From NCBI GenBank assembly GCA_963666985.2, contig CAXXIA010000002.1, positions 480,001-544,000 of the forward strand: 64,000 nucleotides of DNA. Direction: 5' to 3'. Shown here piece after piece: positions 40,760-49,778 of this stretch; positions within the stretch are counted from its first letter, which is position 1; every line of letters begins with the position of its first letter. Source of the DNA: Spirochaetia bacterium. Lineage in GTDB: Bacteria; Spirochaetota; Spirochaetia; DSM-2461. The position numbers and the translations under genes were made by a program. The notes beneath the pieces were generated by a model, which saw only the letters and a list, made by a program, of their open reading frames with translations, was not told where the DNA came from and did no database searches.

Positions 40760-41962
40760 TCAATCCGAAATTTCCAATGTATCCAGAAAATCATGAAATC
40801 CTTTGGAAATAAACTTGTCCCGGCCTGAATTCTTAGCTTGATAGAGTCTTGTATCCGCCAGCTTCAGCATATCTTCGGGTTTGCCGCACTCCGTACATTC
40901 GGCAATCCCCATGCTGATGGTGATGTTCCAGGGAACACCGCTGAATGAAGAGGCTTTAAAGTTTTGCCCTAAACGCTCGGCCAGTTTCTCCGCCCCGATA
41001 ATGTCACAGTCGGCCAAAATAACAACAAACTCTTCTCCTCCGATTCTGTAAACCCGATCGGAATCCCTAATGGCCGAACACATCAGATTCGCGCCTTCCG
41101 TCAGTACGGAGTCGCCAATGGAATGCCCCAAGGTATCGTTCACTTTTTTAAAATGATCAATATCAATCATAATCATTGAGAATCTGATGCCGGACCGTTT
41201 GAAACGGGAGATAAAACCATTAAAATCTTCCAGCATCATCCGCCGGTTCAAAAGTTTTGTTAAGGAATCCTTGGTGCTGAGCTCTTTCAGCTCCCGTATG
41301 CTTTCGGCTAATTTCCATTCGGTCAGAACTCCGCGATTCCGAATGCTGCTTGTGGCATACAGACTGATCAAGCCTGCAAGAAAAAAAACGATAAGCTTTG
41401 CGGAGATTTCCACCGGTGATACGAATAATCGGTTCCCTAAAAGATAAGCCCCGATAACAATAACATCCGAAACAAATACAACCAGACAATATGTTATCGG
41501 CTTAATCCACATTGTAATACTTAAGAATAGGACGGAACCGATAATCGCGGAAAAATCCCTCGAAATCTGAAGATCCCAGGCCGCTAAGAACGCGTAACAA
41601 ATGACTAAAGCCAGAACAAAAAAAATCTGAATGGCAAAACACAAATTCTGCTTTATTCGATGAGCAAAAAAATAACTGACAACAAGAAAAAACACGGATA
41701 AAACCGCCATGGCGATAAATGTTCCCATATATTGCCGCGGCATGGGACAGACAATACGTTCATTGATAAAAAGCCGGCGAAAAATCATGATCAAACTCAT
41801 GAATAAACTTAAGGAGGCACCAATTCGAAGAAAAAAGCGGTTGTTTTCACAGCGGGCCGAATCGGCCTGTTTCCGGACTTCTTCGGGCAAATCCTTCAAA
41901 GTTAGAAATTGAAAATGAGATTTATCCTGCTCCGTATTCCCGTTATGCTTTTTAAAAATCAT
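40760..41962 (-). CDS. Membrane-bound diguanylate cyclase
   Basis: Multiple TM helices; DSLTKLLNRR, DIDHFK.VND, RDSD I-site, GGEEF. Confidence 0.93.
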   Translation of the reverse strand: MIFKKHNGNTEQDKSHFQFLTLKDLPEEVRKQADSARCENNRFFLRIGASLSLFMSLIMIFRRLFINERIVCPMPRQYMGTFIAMAVLSVFFLVVSYFFAHRIKQNLCFAIQIFFVLALVICYAFLAAWDLQISRDFSAIIGSVLFLSITMWIKPITYCLVVFVSDVIVIGAYLLGNRLFVSPVEISAKLIVFFLAGLISLYATSSIRNRGVLTEWKLAESIRELKELSTKDSLTKLLNRRMMLEDFNGFISRFKRSGIRFSMIMIDIDHFKKVNDTLGHSIGDSVLTEGANLMCSAIRDSDRVYRIGGEEFVVILADCDIIGAEKLAERLGQNFKASSFSGVPWNITISMGIAECTECGKPEDMLKLADTRLYQAKNSGRDKFISKGFHDFLDTLEISD

Positions 41963-42265
41963 ATGATTAGCCTTTAAACTCTAGATAAACGGTTTGCGTT
42001 GTCTCTATATACATCGGCACTAAGAACTTTTTCAGCACAGGTTCTTCAACAAATAAGATTTTCACTAAGAAGACCGCATACGCTTTCCGTTCAGCGAACG
42101 GAGCGGACATCCGCAACACACATTCAGGCCGGCACTTATCCGCCGCCCGCCCGCACCTTTGCCGCTTGCCGACGGCCGCCTCCGGGCTTGCTCTTACCAG
42201 CCGGCTGAAGCTCCGTTGCCGCCTCATTTGCCGGCCGGCCGGCAAATGACACATCACGAAATAAC

Positions 42266-42294
42266 TTGGATATACACTTACGATTAGGTATTAT
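42266..42294 (+). promoter_or_regulatory. Candidate sigma70 promoter
   Basis: TTGGAT-17 nt-TATTAT upstream of SD AGGAGG. Confidence 0.45.
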
Positions 42295-42323
42295 TTAAAC
42301 ACTACCTATTTAGGAGGGTTTAT

Positions 42324-43814
42324 ATGGCGTTACGAACTCCACAGCAATATTTGGAAAGTCTCAAAGACGGAAGAGTCGTGTACATTCTGGGAAAGAAAGT
42401 TGAGGATGTTACCAAACACCCGCTCTTAAGCATTACGAACAATTGGGTCGCCATGGATTACGTGATGAGCAACGATCCGAAGTATCAGGACCTTCTCACC
42501 GATATCGATGCCGACGGGGAGCGGGTCAGCTTCGCCCTTCAGCCCCAGAAAACAAAGGAAGACCTTATGAGGCTTCGGGAGGTGGTAAAACTCTGGGCCC
42601 GAGCAACCTTCGGAAAACCGCCCGGAGCGAAATTCGTCGCCAAAGACGGACTGAACGCGGTAACCGTGGTCAGCCGCCGTGTGGATAAAAAACACGGCAC
42701 CCAGTACGCGGTAAATGTCGAAGCTTTCCGCAAGCATCTTCAGAAAAACGATCTTGCCTTTGCCATGGGACTCACCGACGTAAAAGGAAACCGCGCTCTG
42801 AAGCCTTCGGCCCAGGTTCAGCACAAGGATTTCTATGTACGAATCGTGGAAGAACGGGAAGACGGGATTATCGTCAGCGGCGCCAAAACCCATATCAGTC
42901 AGGCCGCTTCCTGCAACGAAATTCTCGTCGCACCCTGCCATGCCATGACGCCTGAAGATAAAGATTACGCCGTAGCCTTCGGGATTCCCCTGAATACCAA
43001 GGGAATCACCATGATTTCCTCGGAACCGGAAGTTCACGAAGGATACGATCTTTTTGATCATCCCATTACAGGCAGCGTGTATATCAACGACGCCACGGTT
43101 GTCTTCGAGAACGTCTTCGTTCCCAAAGACCGAATCTTCCTCAAGGGAGAATGGGAATTCGCCGGAGAGGTGGCTTACATGTTCGCCAACTTCCACCGGC
43201 TGAGCGCCGAAACCTATAAGGCCATCGAACTGGAAATGGTTACAGGCGCCGCCATGCTCATGGCCGAATACAACGGTATCGAGAAAAAATCCCACATCCG
43301 CGACAAGCTGACCTGGATGGTGATGTATTCGGAGATGATCGAAACACTCGGGCTGGCCGCGGTTGAACACTGCATTCAGGAGCCGGAAAGCGATTATGTT
43401 TATCCCAATCCCATGACCGCCAATATCTGCAAGTTCCAGTTTGCCGACAACTGGCACCAGGCCACCAAGTACCTGCAGGACATTTCGGGAGGAATCGTGG
43501 CTACGGCCCCCTCGGGGAAGGATTTCTTCAGTCCCGAAATTGGCCCTCTGGTTGAGAAGTATCTGGCCGGGAAAGACGGGATTCCCACCGAAGATCGGCT
43601 CCGGATGGTGAAACTGGTTAAGGAAATCAGTTCCGCTTACGAGGATGTGCTGACCATCCACGCGGAAGGCTCCCTGGAAGCCCAGAAGCTCTCCATTCTG
43701 ATGCTGGCCGATACGGAGCGTTATACCGCCGCCGCGAAACGGGCCGCCCGCATCAAAAGCGGAAAAAAGCATCCTTTATTCGGCGATCTTCCGGCGTTCC
43801 CACCGAAATTCTAA
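42324..43814 (+). CDS. HpaB/AbfD-family flavoprotein (4-hydroxybutyryl-CoA dehydratase-like)
   Basis: QYLESL, TDVKG.R...PS.Q, DGIIV.GAK.H, VVF.NVFVP..R.FL, FHR, H..GS..AQ. Confidence 0.88.
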   Translation: MALRTPQQYLESLKDGRVVYILGKKVEDVTKHPLLSITNNWVAMDYVMSNDPKYQDLLTDIDADGERVSFALQPQKTKEDLMRLREVVKLWARATFGKPPGAKFVAKDGLNAVTVVSRRVDKKHGTQYAVNVEAFRKHLQKNDLAFAMGLTDVKGNRALKPSAQVQHKDFYVRIVEEREDGIIVSGAKTHISQAASCNEILVAPCHAMTPEDKDYAVAFGIPLNTKGITMISSEPEVHEGYDLFDHPITGSVYINDATVVFENVFVPKDRIFLKGEWEFAGEVAYMFANFHRLSAETYKAIELEMVTGAAMLMAEYNGIEKKSHIRDKLTWMVMYSEMIETLGLAAVEHCIQEPESDYVYPNPMTANICKFQFADNWHQATKYLQDISGGIVATAPSGKDFFSPEIGPLVEKYLAGKDGIPTEDRLRMVKLVKEISSAYEDVLTIHAEGSLEAQKLSILMLADTERYTAAAKRAARIKSGKKHPLFGDLPAFPPKF

Positions 43815-43836
43815 TCGCCGCCTCTTCAAAATAACC

Positions 43837-43879
43837 ATCGCCGGGGATTCTTCATGTTTATAGGATCTCCGGCGATTTT
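43837..43879 (+). terminator. Probable terminator
   Basis: ATCGCCGGGGAT...ATCTCCGGCGAT followed by TTT. Confidence 0.6.
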
Positions 43880-43974
43880 AATCTTCAATTCCGAACTCTT
43901 CGGATGCACTCTTCTACCCTTCATTCTTCAAGTCCGCCAAACAACCTTAAATCCGGCATTTGGAATAAAGAGAA

Positions 43975-44012
43975 AACTACATGGATGTAGTTCCCCGTAA
44001 ATCCAACTACAT
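43975..44012. promoter_or_regulatory. Three AACTACAT boxes; candidate activator-binding site
   Basis: AACTACAT 43975, ATGTAGTT 43985, AACTACAT 44005. Confidence 0.6.
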
Positions 44013-44074
44013 TTTTGTATGAAATCATCTCTTACTCAAAACACACCAAGCTGAAAACATCAAAGGAAAAATCC

Positions 44075-44090
44075 TGGCACATCATTTGCT
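44075..44090 (+). promoter_or_regulatory. Sigma54 (-24/-12) promoter
   Basis: TGGCAC-ATCAT-TTGCT matches TGGCAC-N5-TTGCW, 47 nt before the ATG. Confidence 0.8.
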
Positions 44091-44137
44091 GTTAATCGGA
44101 AGAAACAAACACTGCACCCGAATGTAAGGAGTTATCA

Positions 44138-45286
44138 ATGGATTTTCCGGATATCAACCTGGCCGCCGGACCGGTTGAAATCTCACCGCGAGTATCGATG
44201 GCAATGGCACGGCCCGTACTCTATCACTACGATCCGTCTTTTATAGAACTCTACAAGCGCATCGATGAAAAACTGAAAAAAGCATTTCTAACGAAGCACG
44301 ATATCATCATTCAGCAGGGAGAAGCCATTCTCGGACTGGAAGCGGCCGCTCATTCCTGCATTGCACCCGGTGATAAATGCCTGAATCTCGTTACGGGAGT
44401 TTTCGGAAAATGGTTCGAAGATTTTATCATTGCGGCAGGCGGAACCGTCATCGAACTGAAAAAAGAATATAACGAATCCATTACCGAAGAAGATGTCCGG
44501 GAAGCCTTCCGAAAGAATCCCGACATCGCCGTGATGAGCGTTGTTCATTCCGAAACACCTTCGGGAACCGTGAATCCCGTCGATAAACTCTGCCCCATCG
44601 TGAAGGAACACGGAGCGATTACCATCGTCGATACCGTTTCCGGCGTCTTCGGATCGGAACTCCGGCCCGACGATTGGGGTATTGATGTCTGCATCACCGG
44701 CCCTCAGAAATGTCTGGGCGCGGCACCGGGCCTGAGCATTGCCTGCATCAGTCCGGACGCCTGGGCCAAGATGGAAAAATCATCGGCGCCCGCGAACAGC
44801 TATATGAGCTTCACGGACTGGAAATCCAAATGGATTGAAAACAGCGCTTTCCCCTACACCCCCTCCGTTTCCCTTCTCTACGGACTGGACGAAGCTCTTT
44901 CCATGCTCCTCGAAGAAGGCATTGAGTCCGTCTGGGAACGGCATGCTCTATCGGCGCGGATGTGCCGGGCGGGAATCAAGGGAATGGGACTCAATCTCTG
45001 GCCGGCGAGTGAAGATATCGCCGCGGATTGCTGTACGGCCTTTAAAACTCCCGAAGGTGTGGACTCCAAAGCCTTCAGAGACACTCTCCGTGAAAAATGG
45101 AAGCTGATGATCGTCACCGGATACGGAGAACTGGCTCCGCACGTCCTCCGTATCGGCCATTTGGGCCATACGGCGAAACCCCTCTATGTTCTCTCGGCAC
45201 TGGCTCTCGTGGGCAAAGCCCTTCTCGATTCGGGAGTGTCGGTGGATGTCGGCAAAGGAATAGATTCCGCCTTGGCGGAACTGTAA
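44138..45286 (+). CDS. Class V aminotransferase, pyridoxamine-pyruvate transaminase-like
   Basis: L.AGPV, LYHYDP.F, GE..LGLEAAA, TPSGT.NP, TGPQKCLG.PG, FPYTPSVS, RIGH.G; closely follows the recalled Mesorhizobium PpaT sequence. Confidence 0.85.
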   Translation: MDFPDINLAAGPVEISPRVSMAMARPVLYHYDPSFIELYKRIDEKLKKAFLTKHDIIIQQGEAILGLEAAAHSCIAPGDKCLNLVTGVFGKWFEDFIIAAGGTVIELKKEYNESITEEDVREAFRKNPDIAVMSVVHSETPSGTVNPVDKLCPIVKEHGAITIVDTVSGVFGSELRPDDWGIDVCITGPQKCLGAAPGLSIACISPDAWAKMEKSSAPANSYMSFTDWKSKWIENSAFPYTPSVSLLYGLDEALSMLLEEGIESVWERHALSARMCRAGIKGMGLNLWPASEDIAADCCTAFKTPEGVDSKAFRDTLREKWKLMIVTGYGELAPHVLRIGHLGHTAKPLYVLSALALVGKALLDSGVSVDVGKGIDSALAEL

Positions 45287-45319
45287 ATAAGAACTGTAAA
45301 AAGATAGGAGATACAGAAC

Positions 45320-45862
45320 ATGGCAAAAAAAATGTCCGCACAGACGGTAGCGCTCCTGGCGATTATGACTGCGGTTACAACCGTACTCACCCTCCTGGTG
45401 CGCATACCATTCGCTCCCACCAGAGGATACATCACCCTCGCCGACGTAGGTGTTTATTTCGCGGCATTCGCATTAGGACCCGTTATCGGCGGTATCGCCG
45501 CGGGAGTCGGAACCGGATTGGCCGATGCCATCGCCGGTTATCCTCAGTGGATGGTTCTCACATTGATTATCCACGGCGCACAAGCCGTTCTGGCCGGATA
45601 CATTGCGCGTAAAGGCACCCTTCCGCTTATGATTCTCGGCTGGGCCGCCGGCGGTGTCGTTATGGCTGCAGGGTATTTCGCCGCGGGAGCCGCCCTTTAC
45701 GGAGCCGGTCCAGCAGCGGCCGAAATTATCGGCAATGTCGGTCAGGTCGTCGCGGGCGGCGTTATCGGTATCCCCCTCGTTTTCGCCGTTCGCAAGGCCT
45801 ATCCGCCCATCATGAACGTCGGCAAATCGAAAAAGTGGGAATCCGCCGAAGAGCCCGCATGA
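45320..45862 (+). CDS. ECF transporter S component (HmpT/PdxU-like)
   Basis: Hydrophobic 180 aa; P.TRGYITLAD.GVY, G.G.GLAD...GYP.W...TL.IHG. Confidence 0.85.
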   Translation: MAKKMSAQTVALLAIMTAVTTVLTLLVRIPFAPTRGYITLADVGVYFAAFALGPVIGGIAAGVGTGLADAIAGYPQWMVLTLIIHGAQAVLAGYIARKGTLPLMILGWAAGGVVMAAGYFAAGAALYGAGPAAAEIIGNVGQVVAGGVIGIPLVFAVRKAYPPIMNVGKSKKWESAEEPA

Positions 45863-46731
45863 AACCGGATGAAGGAAAAACGCCGGCCATATCCATTAAG
45901 GGTTTGAACTTCGCCTACCCAAGCGTGGCCGCCGGTCAGAAAATGGTGCAGATTCTCAAAGGCATCGACCTTGAAATCGCCCAGGGGGAATTCGTCTCCA
46001 TCATGGGTCCGACGGGAGCGGGAAAAACAACGCTCTGCCTGGCCCTGAACGGGATAATCCCCCATTCGACCGGCGGACGGATCGGCGGAAATGTCGAGAT
46101 ATTCGGCAAGAACACGAAAGAATACAAAACGAAGGATCTCGCAAAGCACGTCGGCATCGTCTTCCAGGATCCGGAGACTCAGCTCTTCACGATGAGCGTG
46201 GAAGACGAAGTGGCCTTCGCCCTGGAATGCCTGAGCATTGAGAAAAGCGAGATGGAAGACCGCATTACCGAAGCCATGCGCTATGTCGGTATTGAACAGC
46301 TGCGAAAGCGCTCCCCGATGCACCTTTCGGGGGGCCAAAAGCAGCGTGTGGCCATCGCGGCCATTCTGGCCATGGATCCGGAAATCATCATCCTTGATGA
46401 ACCGACATCCGGCCTGGACCCGATCGGCACGCGGGAAGTCTTCCGGGTTGTCGACGAACTTCGCAGCCGAAGCGACAAAACAATCATCATGGTGGAACAC
46501 GAAAGCGAACAAATCGCCCGATTTTCCGACCGGGTTATTGTGCTGGAAGACGGGATTCTAACAATGGAAGGTTCTCCGCGCGAAATCTTCAGCGCCGTTG
46601 AGGAACTGAAAAATGCTGGGGTATCCATTCCCCAGGTTACGGAACTGGCCTATGCCGTCCGTAATTCAGCCGATCGGCCGCTGCCGATCATTCTTGACGA
46701 GGCAATACCATGGTTCTCCCGGAATCCGTAA
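45859..46731 (+). CDS. ECF transporter ATPase A
   Basis: GPTGAGKT, VFQDPETQ, LSGGQKQR, LDEPT. Confidence 0.92.
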   Translation: MKPDEGKTPAISIKGLNFAYPSVAAGQKMVQILKGIDLEIAQGEFVSIMGPTGAGKTTLCLALNGIIPHSTGGRIGGNVEIFGKNTKEYKTKDLAKHVGIVFQDPETQLFTMSVEDEVAFALECLSIEKSEMEDRITEAMRYVGIEQLRKRSPMHLSGGQKQRVAIAAILAMDPEIIILDEPTSGLDPIGTREVFRVVDELRSRSDKTIIMVEHESEQIARFSDRVIVLEDGILTMEGSPREIFSAVEELKNAGVSIPQVTELAYAVRNSADRPLPIILDEAIPWFSRNP

Positions 46732-47546
46732 TCGAAACAATCGATCTGAAACATGTCTATGAAAGCGGCGTTACCGCCCTGAACGGGGTTTCGGTTTCCG
46801 TCGCCAAAGGCGACACCGTCGCTCTCATCGGCCAGAACGGATCGGGGAAAACGACACTCGCGAAGCATCTCATCGGACTTCTCAGACCGACAGCCGGAGA
46901 AGTCCGCATCGGCGGCGAAAACATCGCTGATAAATCCGTTGCGCAAATATCACGGCAAGTCGGTTTCGTGTTTCAGAATCCCGATCATCAGATCTTCTGC
47001 TCCAGCGTTCTGGACGAACTCTCGTTCGGCCTGAAAACTCAAGGACTCGATAAAAAAATGCGCAAGGAACGAATCGACGACATTCTGCACCGATTCAAAC
47101 TGGAAGCCTACACCGATTATCCGCCGGCCGTTCTCGGCTTCGGTCTGAGAAGAAAAGTCAGCTTGGCATCCATCTGCGCCATGAGGCCCGATGTTCTCAT
47201 TCTGGATGAACCTACGGTCGGACTGGACCGCAGAAGCAGTGTGGAACTGATGGATACCGTCATGCAACTGAATTCGGAAGGACACACAATCCTCATCGTC
47301 ACGCACGACATGCGCGTGGTGGCCGAATACACGAAAAGCAGCCTTATCCTGAAAGGCGGAGAACTGTTGGCCTCCGGCCCTACCTCCGACCTCCTGATGC
47401 GTTTTGAGCTCCTTTCGGAAACACAGATTGCTCCCCCGCAAGTCGTCGAATTAACCTCGGCCATGAATCTGCGCCGGGAAGATGACGGTCTGCCGATGAC
47501 CAATGAAGAATTCATTCGGGCGTATCAATCAAGGAAAGCTTCATGA
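46710..47546 (+). CDS. ECF transporter ATPase A'
   Basis: GQNGSGKT, VFQNPDHQ, degenerate signature LGFGLRRK, LDEPT. Confidence 0.92.
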   Translation: MVLPESVIETIDLKHVYESGVTALNGVSVSVAKGDTVALIGQNGSGKTTLAKHLIGLLRPTAGEVRIGGENIADKSVAQISRQVGFVFQNPDHQIFCSSVLDELSFGLKTQGLDKKMRKERIDDILHRFKLEAYTDYPPAVLGFGLRRKVSLASICAMRPDVLILDEPTVGLDRRSSVELMDTVMQLNSEGHTILIVTHDMRVVAEYTKSSLILKGGELLASGPTSDLLMRFELLSETQIAPPQVVELTSAMNLRREDDGLPMTNEEFIRAYQSRKAS

Positions 47547-48358
47547 ACTACGATTTCTACGTAGCCGCGGATTCTCCCGTCCACAGAATGGATCCAAGAG
47601 TTAAACTCGCCATCACCGTCAGCTGCTGCGTCATCGCCTTTATAGTGAACAACATCTGGGCCGTTCTGGTACTGCTGGGCTTCCTCCATGCTCTCTACCT
47701 CATCGGAAAAATCCCGCTGAAGAAAATCGGCATGGTCTGGAAAATGATGCTCCCGGTCAACATTATGATCATCCTGCTCTGGCCCGTTTTTTCCCAGGAA
47801 GGCTCCATGGCGCTCTTTACCGTTTTAGGCCGCAGCGTCACGGTGGAAAGCATCGTGAGGGGAGTCTTCATGGCGGCCCGTATTACCTGTTTGGGAATGG
47901 CCTGCTTCGTTCTGCTCTTCACCACCGACCAGAGCACCATCGTTCTGGGACTGGTCCGGCTGGGGCTGCCGTACGACTGGGGACTGACCTTCGCCATTAC
48001 GCTGCGCTATCTGCCGACCTTCTACGGGATCATCTCCATGATTATCGACGCGCAGAAAGCCCGGGGACTCGATTTGGAAAAGGGACGTTTCTTCAGCAGG
48101 CTGAAAGCCTATCTGCCGATTCTCGTTTCCGTCATCATCACCGGTCTGAAAGCCAGCGCGAACCTCGGTAACGCCCTGGAAACACGCGCCTTCGGCGCGA
48201 CTGTAGGGAAACGAACCTACTATCGTGACTTGCAAATGCGCCATCAGGACTACACCGTGCTGGCCGCAATCATCCTCGGAACGGTCGGCCTGACATTCGT
48301 CCGATTCCAATTCGGTTTCGCGGGCGACCTTATGCATCTGATGCCTCTCCAGGCATAA
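47543..48358 (+). CDS. ecfT: ECF transporter T component
   Basis: SPVHRMDPRVK, AQKARG, ALETRAF. Confidence 0.92.
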   Translation: MNYDFYVAADSPVHRMDPRVKLAITVSCCVIAFIVNNIWAVLVLLGFLHALYLIGKIPLKKIGMVWKMMLPVNIMIILLWPVFSQEGSMALFTVLGRSVTVESIVRGVFMAARITCLGMACFVLLFTTDQSTIVLGLVRLGLPYDWGLTFAITLRYLPTFYGIISMIIDAQKARGLDLEKGRFFSRLKAYLPILVSVIITGLKASANLGNALETRAFGATVGKRTYYRDLQMRHQDYTVLAAIILGTVGLTFVRFQFGFAGDLMHLMPLQA

Positions 48359-48390
48359 AAACCACATCATGACAACTTAGGAGAAACACA

Positions 48391-48735
48391 ATGCCGTTTA
48401 TCAGAATTGAAACCAACATCGACCTGGAAGAACGTAAAAAATCCGCATCACTGGCCGCCGTTTCCAACATCGTTTCGAAAGCGACAGGCAAGAGCGTGGA
48501 CTACATCATGGCCCGCTGGGCCCCAAAAGCCCCCATGACCATGGGCGCCGAAGATGTTCCGACCGTGTACGCGGAAGTGAAAAGCGTCGGTCTCACAGCC
48601 GACCAGGCCGCGGCCATCTCGCCTCTCACGGAATTACTCACCGAAACTCTGGGCGTGGATAAACACAACGTTTATATCGAATTTGCCTGCGGCACGCCCG
48701 ACATGTGGGGCCTCGGCGGAGGCATGCTGGGCTAG
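48391..48735 (+). CDS. MIF-like tautomerase
   Basis: N-terminal (M)PFIRIETN with Pro1, GK..YIM, EVKSVG, YIEF, WG. Confidence 0.88.
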   Translation: MPFIRIETNIDLEERKKSASLAAVSNIVSKATGKSVDYIMARWAPKAPMTMGAEDVPTVYAEVKSVGLTADQAAAISPLTELLTETLGVDKHNVYIEFACGTPDMWGLGGGMLG

Positions 48736-48743
48736 AAGATTTA

Positions 48744-48779
48744 AACCGGTGGTATTGAATTGTCAAACAGCCACCGGTT
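48744..48779. terminator. Hairpin between convergent genes
   Basis: AACCGGTGG...CCACCGGTT. Confidence 0.5.
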
Positions 48780-48803
48780 CAGTCTTCTGACCGTTACAAA
48801 GAA

Positions 48804-49664
48804 TTATTCTTTATCTCCCAGCAATTCCTTTTTCGCTTTATCATACATTTGCTCGGAATCCAAATCCGAATGAAGCACCTTCGTATTGCAGAAATCACCA
48901 AACATCTCCGTCCCAAAAGTCATGTCCAGATCATCCACAATACGCTGTTTCCAGGGTCGGCGAATAACCTGGGCGGAGAGTCTGCGGATACTGCGGTGCT
49001 GAGCCATGATAACATCAGCAATCTCATAGGCCCGGGGGATAAGACGATCACGGGAAACAACCTCATTAACAAGGCCGTATTCAAGACATTTTTCAGGCGT
49101 CAGCATCTCGTTCATCAGCATGGCATACGCCGCTCTCCGGGTTCCCATAAGCTCAAAAAAGCAGCTATGGATTCCATCGCCGGGCACAATTCCATTGATG
49201 TAATGGGGATCGGAAATCACAACATCATCGGCCATAATGCACAAATCGCACATCAGGGCCAATTCAGAATGCCCGCCGGAACCGCTTAACACGCCGATGG
49301 TGGGAACCTCCACGTCTTGAATCATGGAAATAAGCATACGCCGTCCGTCAACAAACATATGCTCATATCGGGTTCCCGCCGGATCCGTTTTTTCAGGCAT
49401 CCAGCTTTCATCCTCAAAATTCGCAATCCAGTATTTTCCCGTCCCGCTGAAAATGATGCATTCTATATCCGAATCGCTTCCGACAATACGCCACATCTGA
49501 CCTATAGCTCTATGAAGCTCCATGCTCCACAACTGGGGTTCACCCTTGGTATGCATCTGAATCAGAAGGACACCATCGTCCCTCTTCTCCATATTAAAAT
49601 GTTCCTTAAAAATTTCCTTGTATTCCTTGAAGGTCGGCCAATGGGGGTAACTTGTATTCGTCAT
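48804..49664 (-). CDS. Crotonase-superfamily protein, beta-diketone hydrolase type
   Basis: VEVPTIG, HSELALMCD, DPH..GIVPGDG, GLVNEVV; SD AGGAG. Confidence 0.85.
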   Translation of the reverse strand: MTNTSYPHWPTFKEYKEIFKEHFNMEKRDDGVLLIQMHTKGEPQLWSMELHRAIGQMWRIVGSDSDIECIIFSGTGKYWIANFEDESWMPEKTDPAGTRYEHMFVDGRRMLISMIQDVEVPTIGVLSGSGGHSELALMCDLCIMADDVVISDPHYINGIVPGDGIHSCFFELMGTRRAAYAMLMNEMLTPEKCLEYGLVNEVVSRDRLIPRAYEIADVIMAQHRSIRRLSAQVIRRPWKQRIVDDLDMTFGTEMFGDFCNTKVLHSDLDSEQMYDKAKKELLGDKE

Positions 49665-49778
49665 CGTCTTTCTCCTGCCGCAGTTCTTGAGCACTGCATG
49701 TTTTTTTATTCAGATTCCCAGAAAGAAAATGAATCGGGAAATAAAAAAAACGCATGGATTGAACGATTTGATTTATGT

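Noticed and set aside
42426..43772. 448-aa minus-strand ORF
   Set aside because: Antisense shadow of the AbfD-like gene
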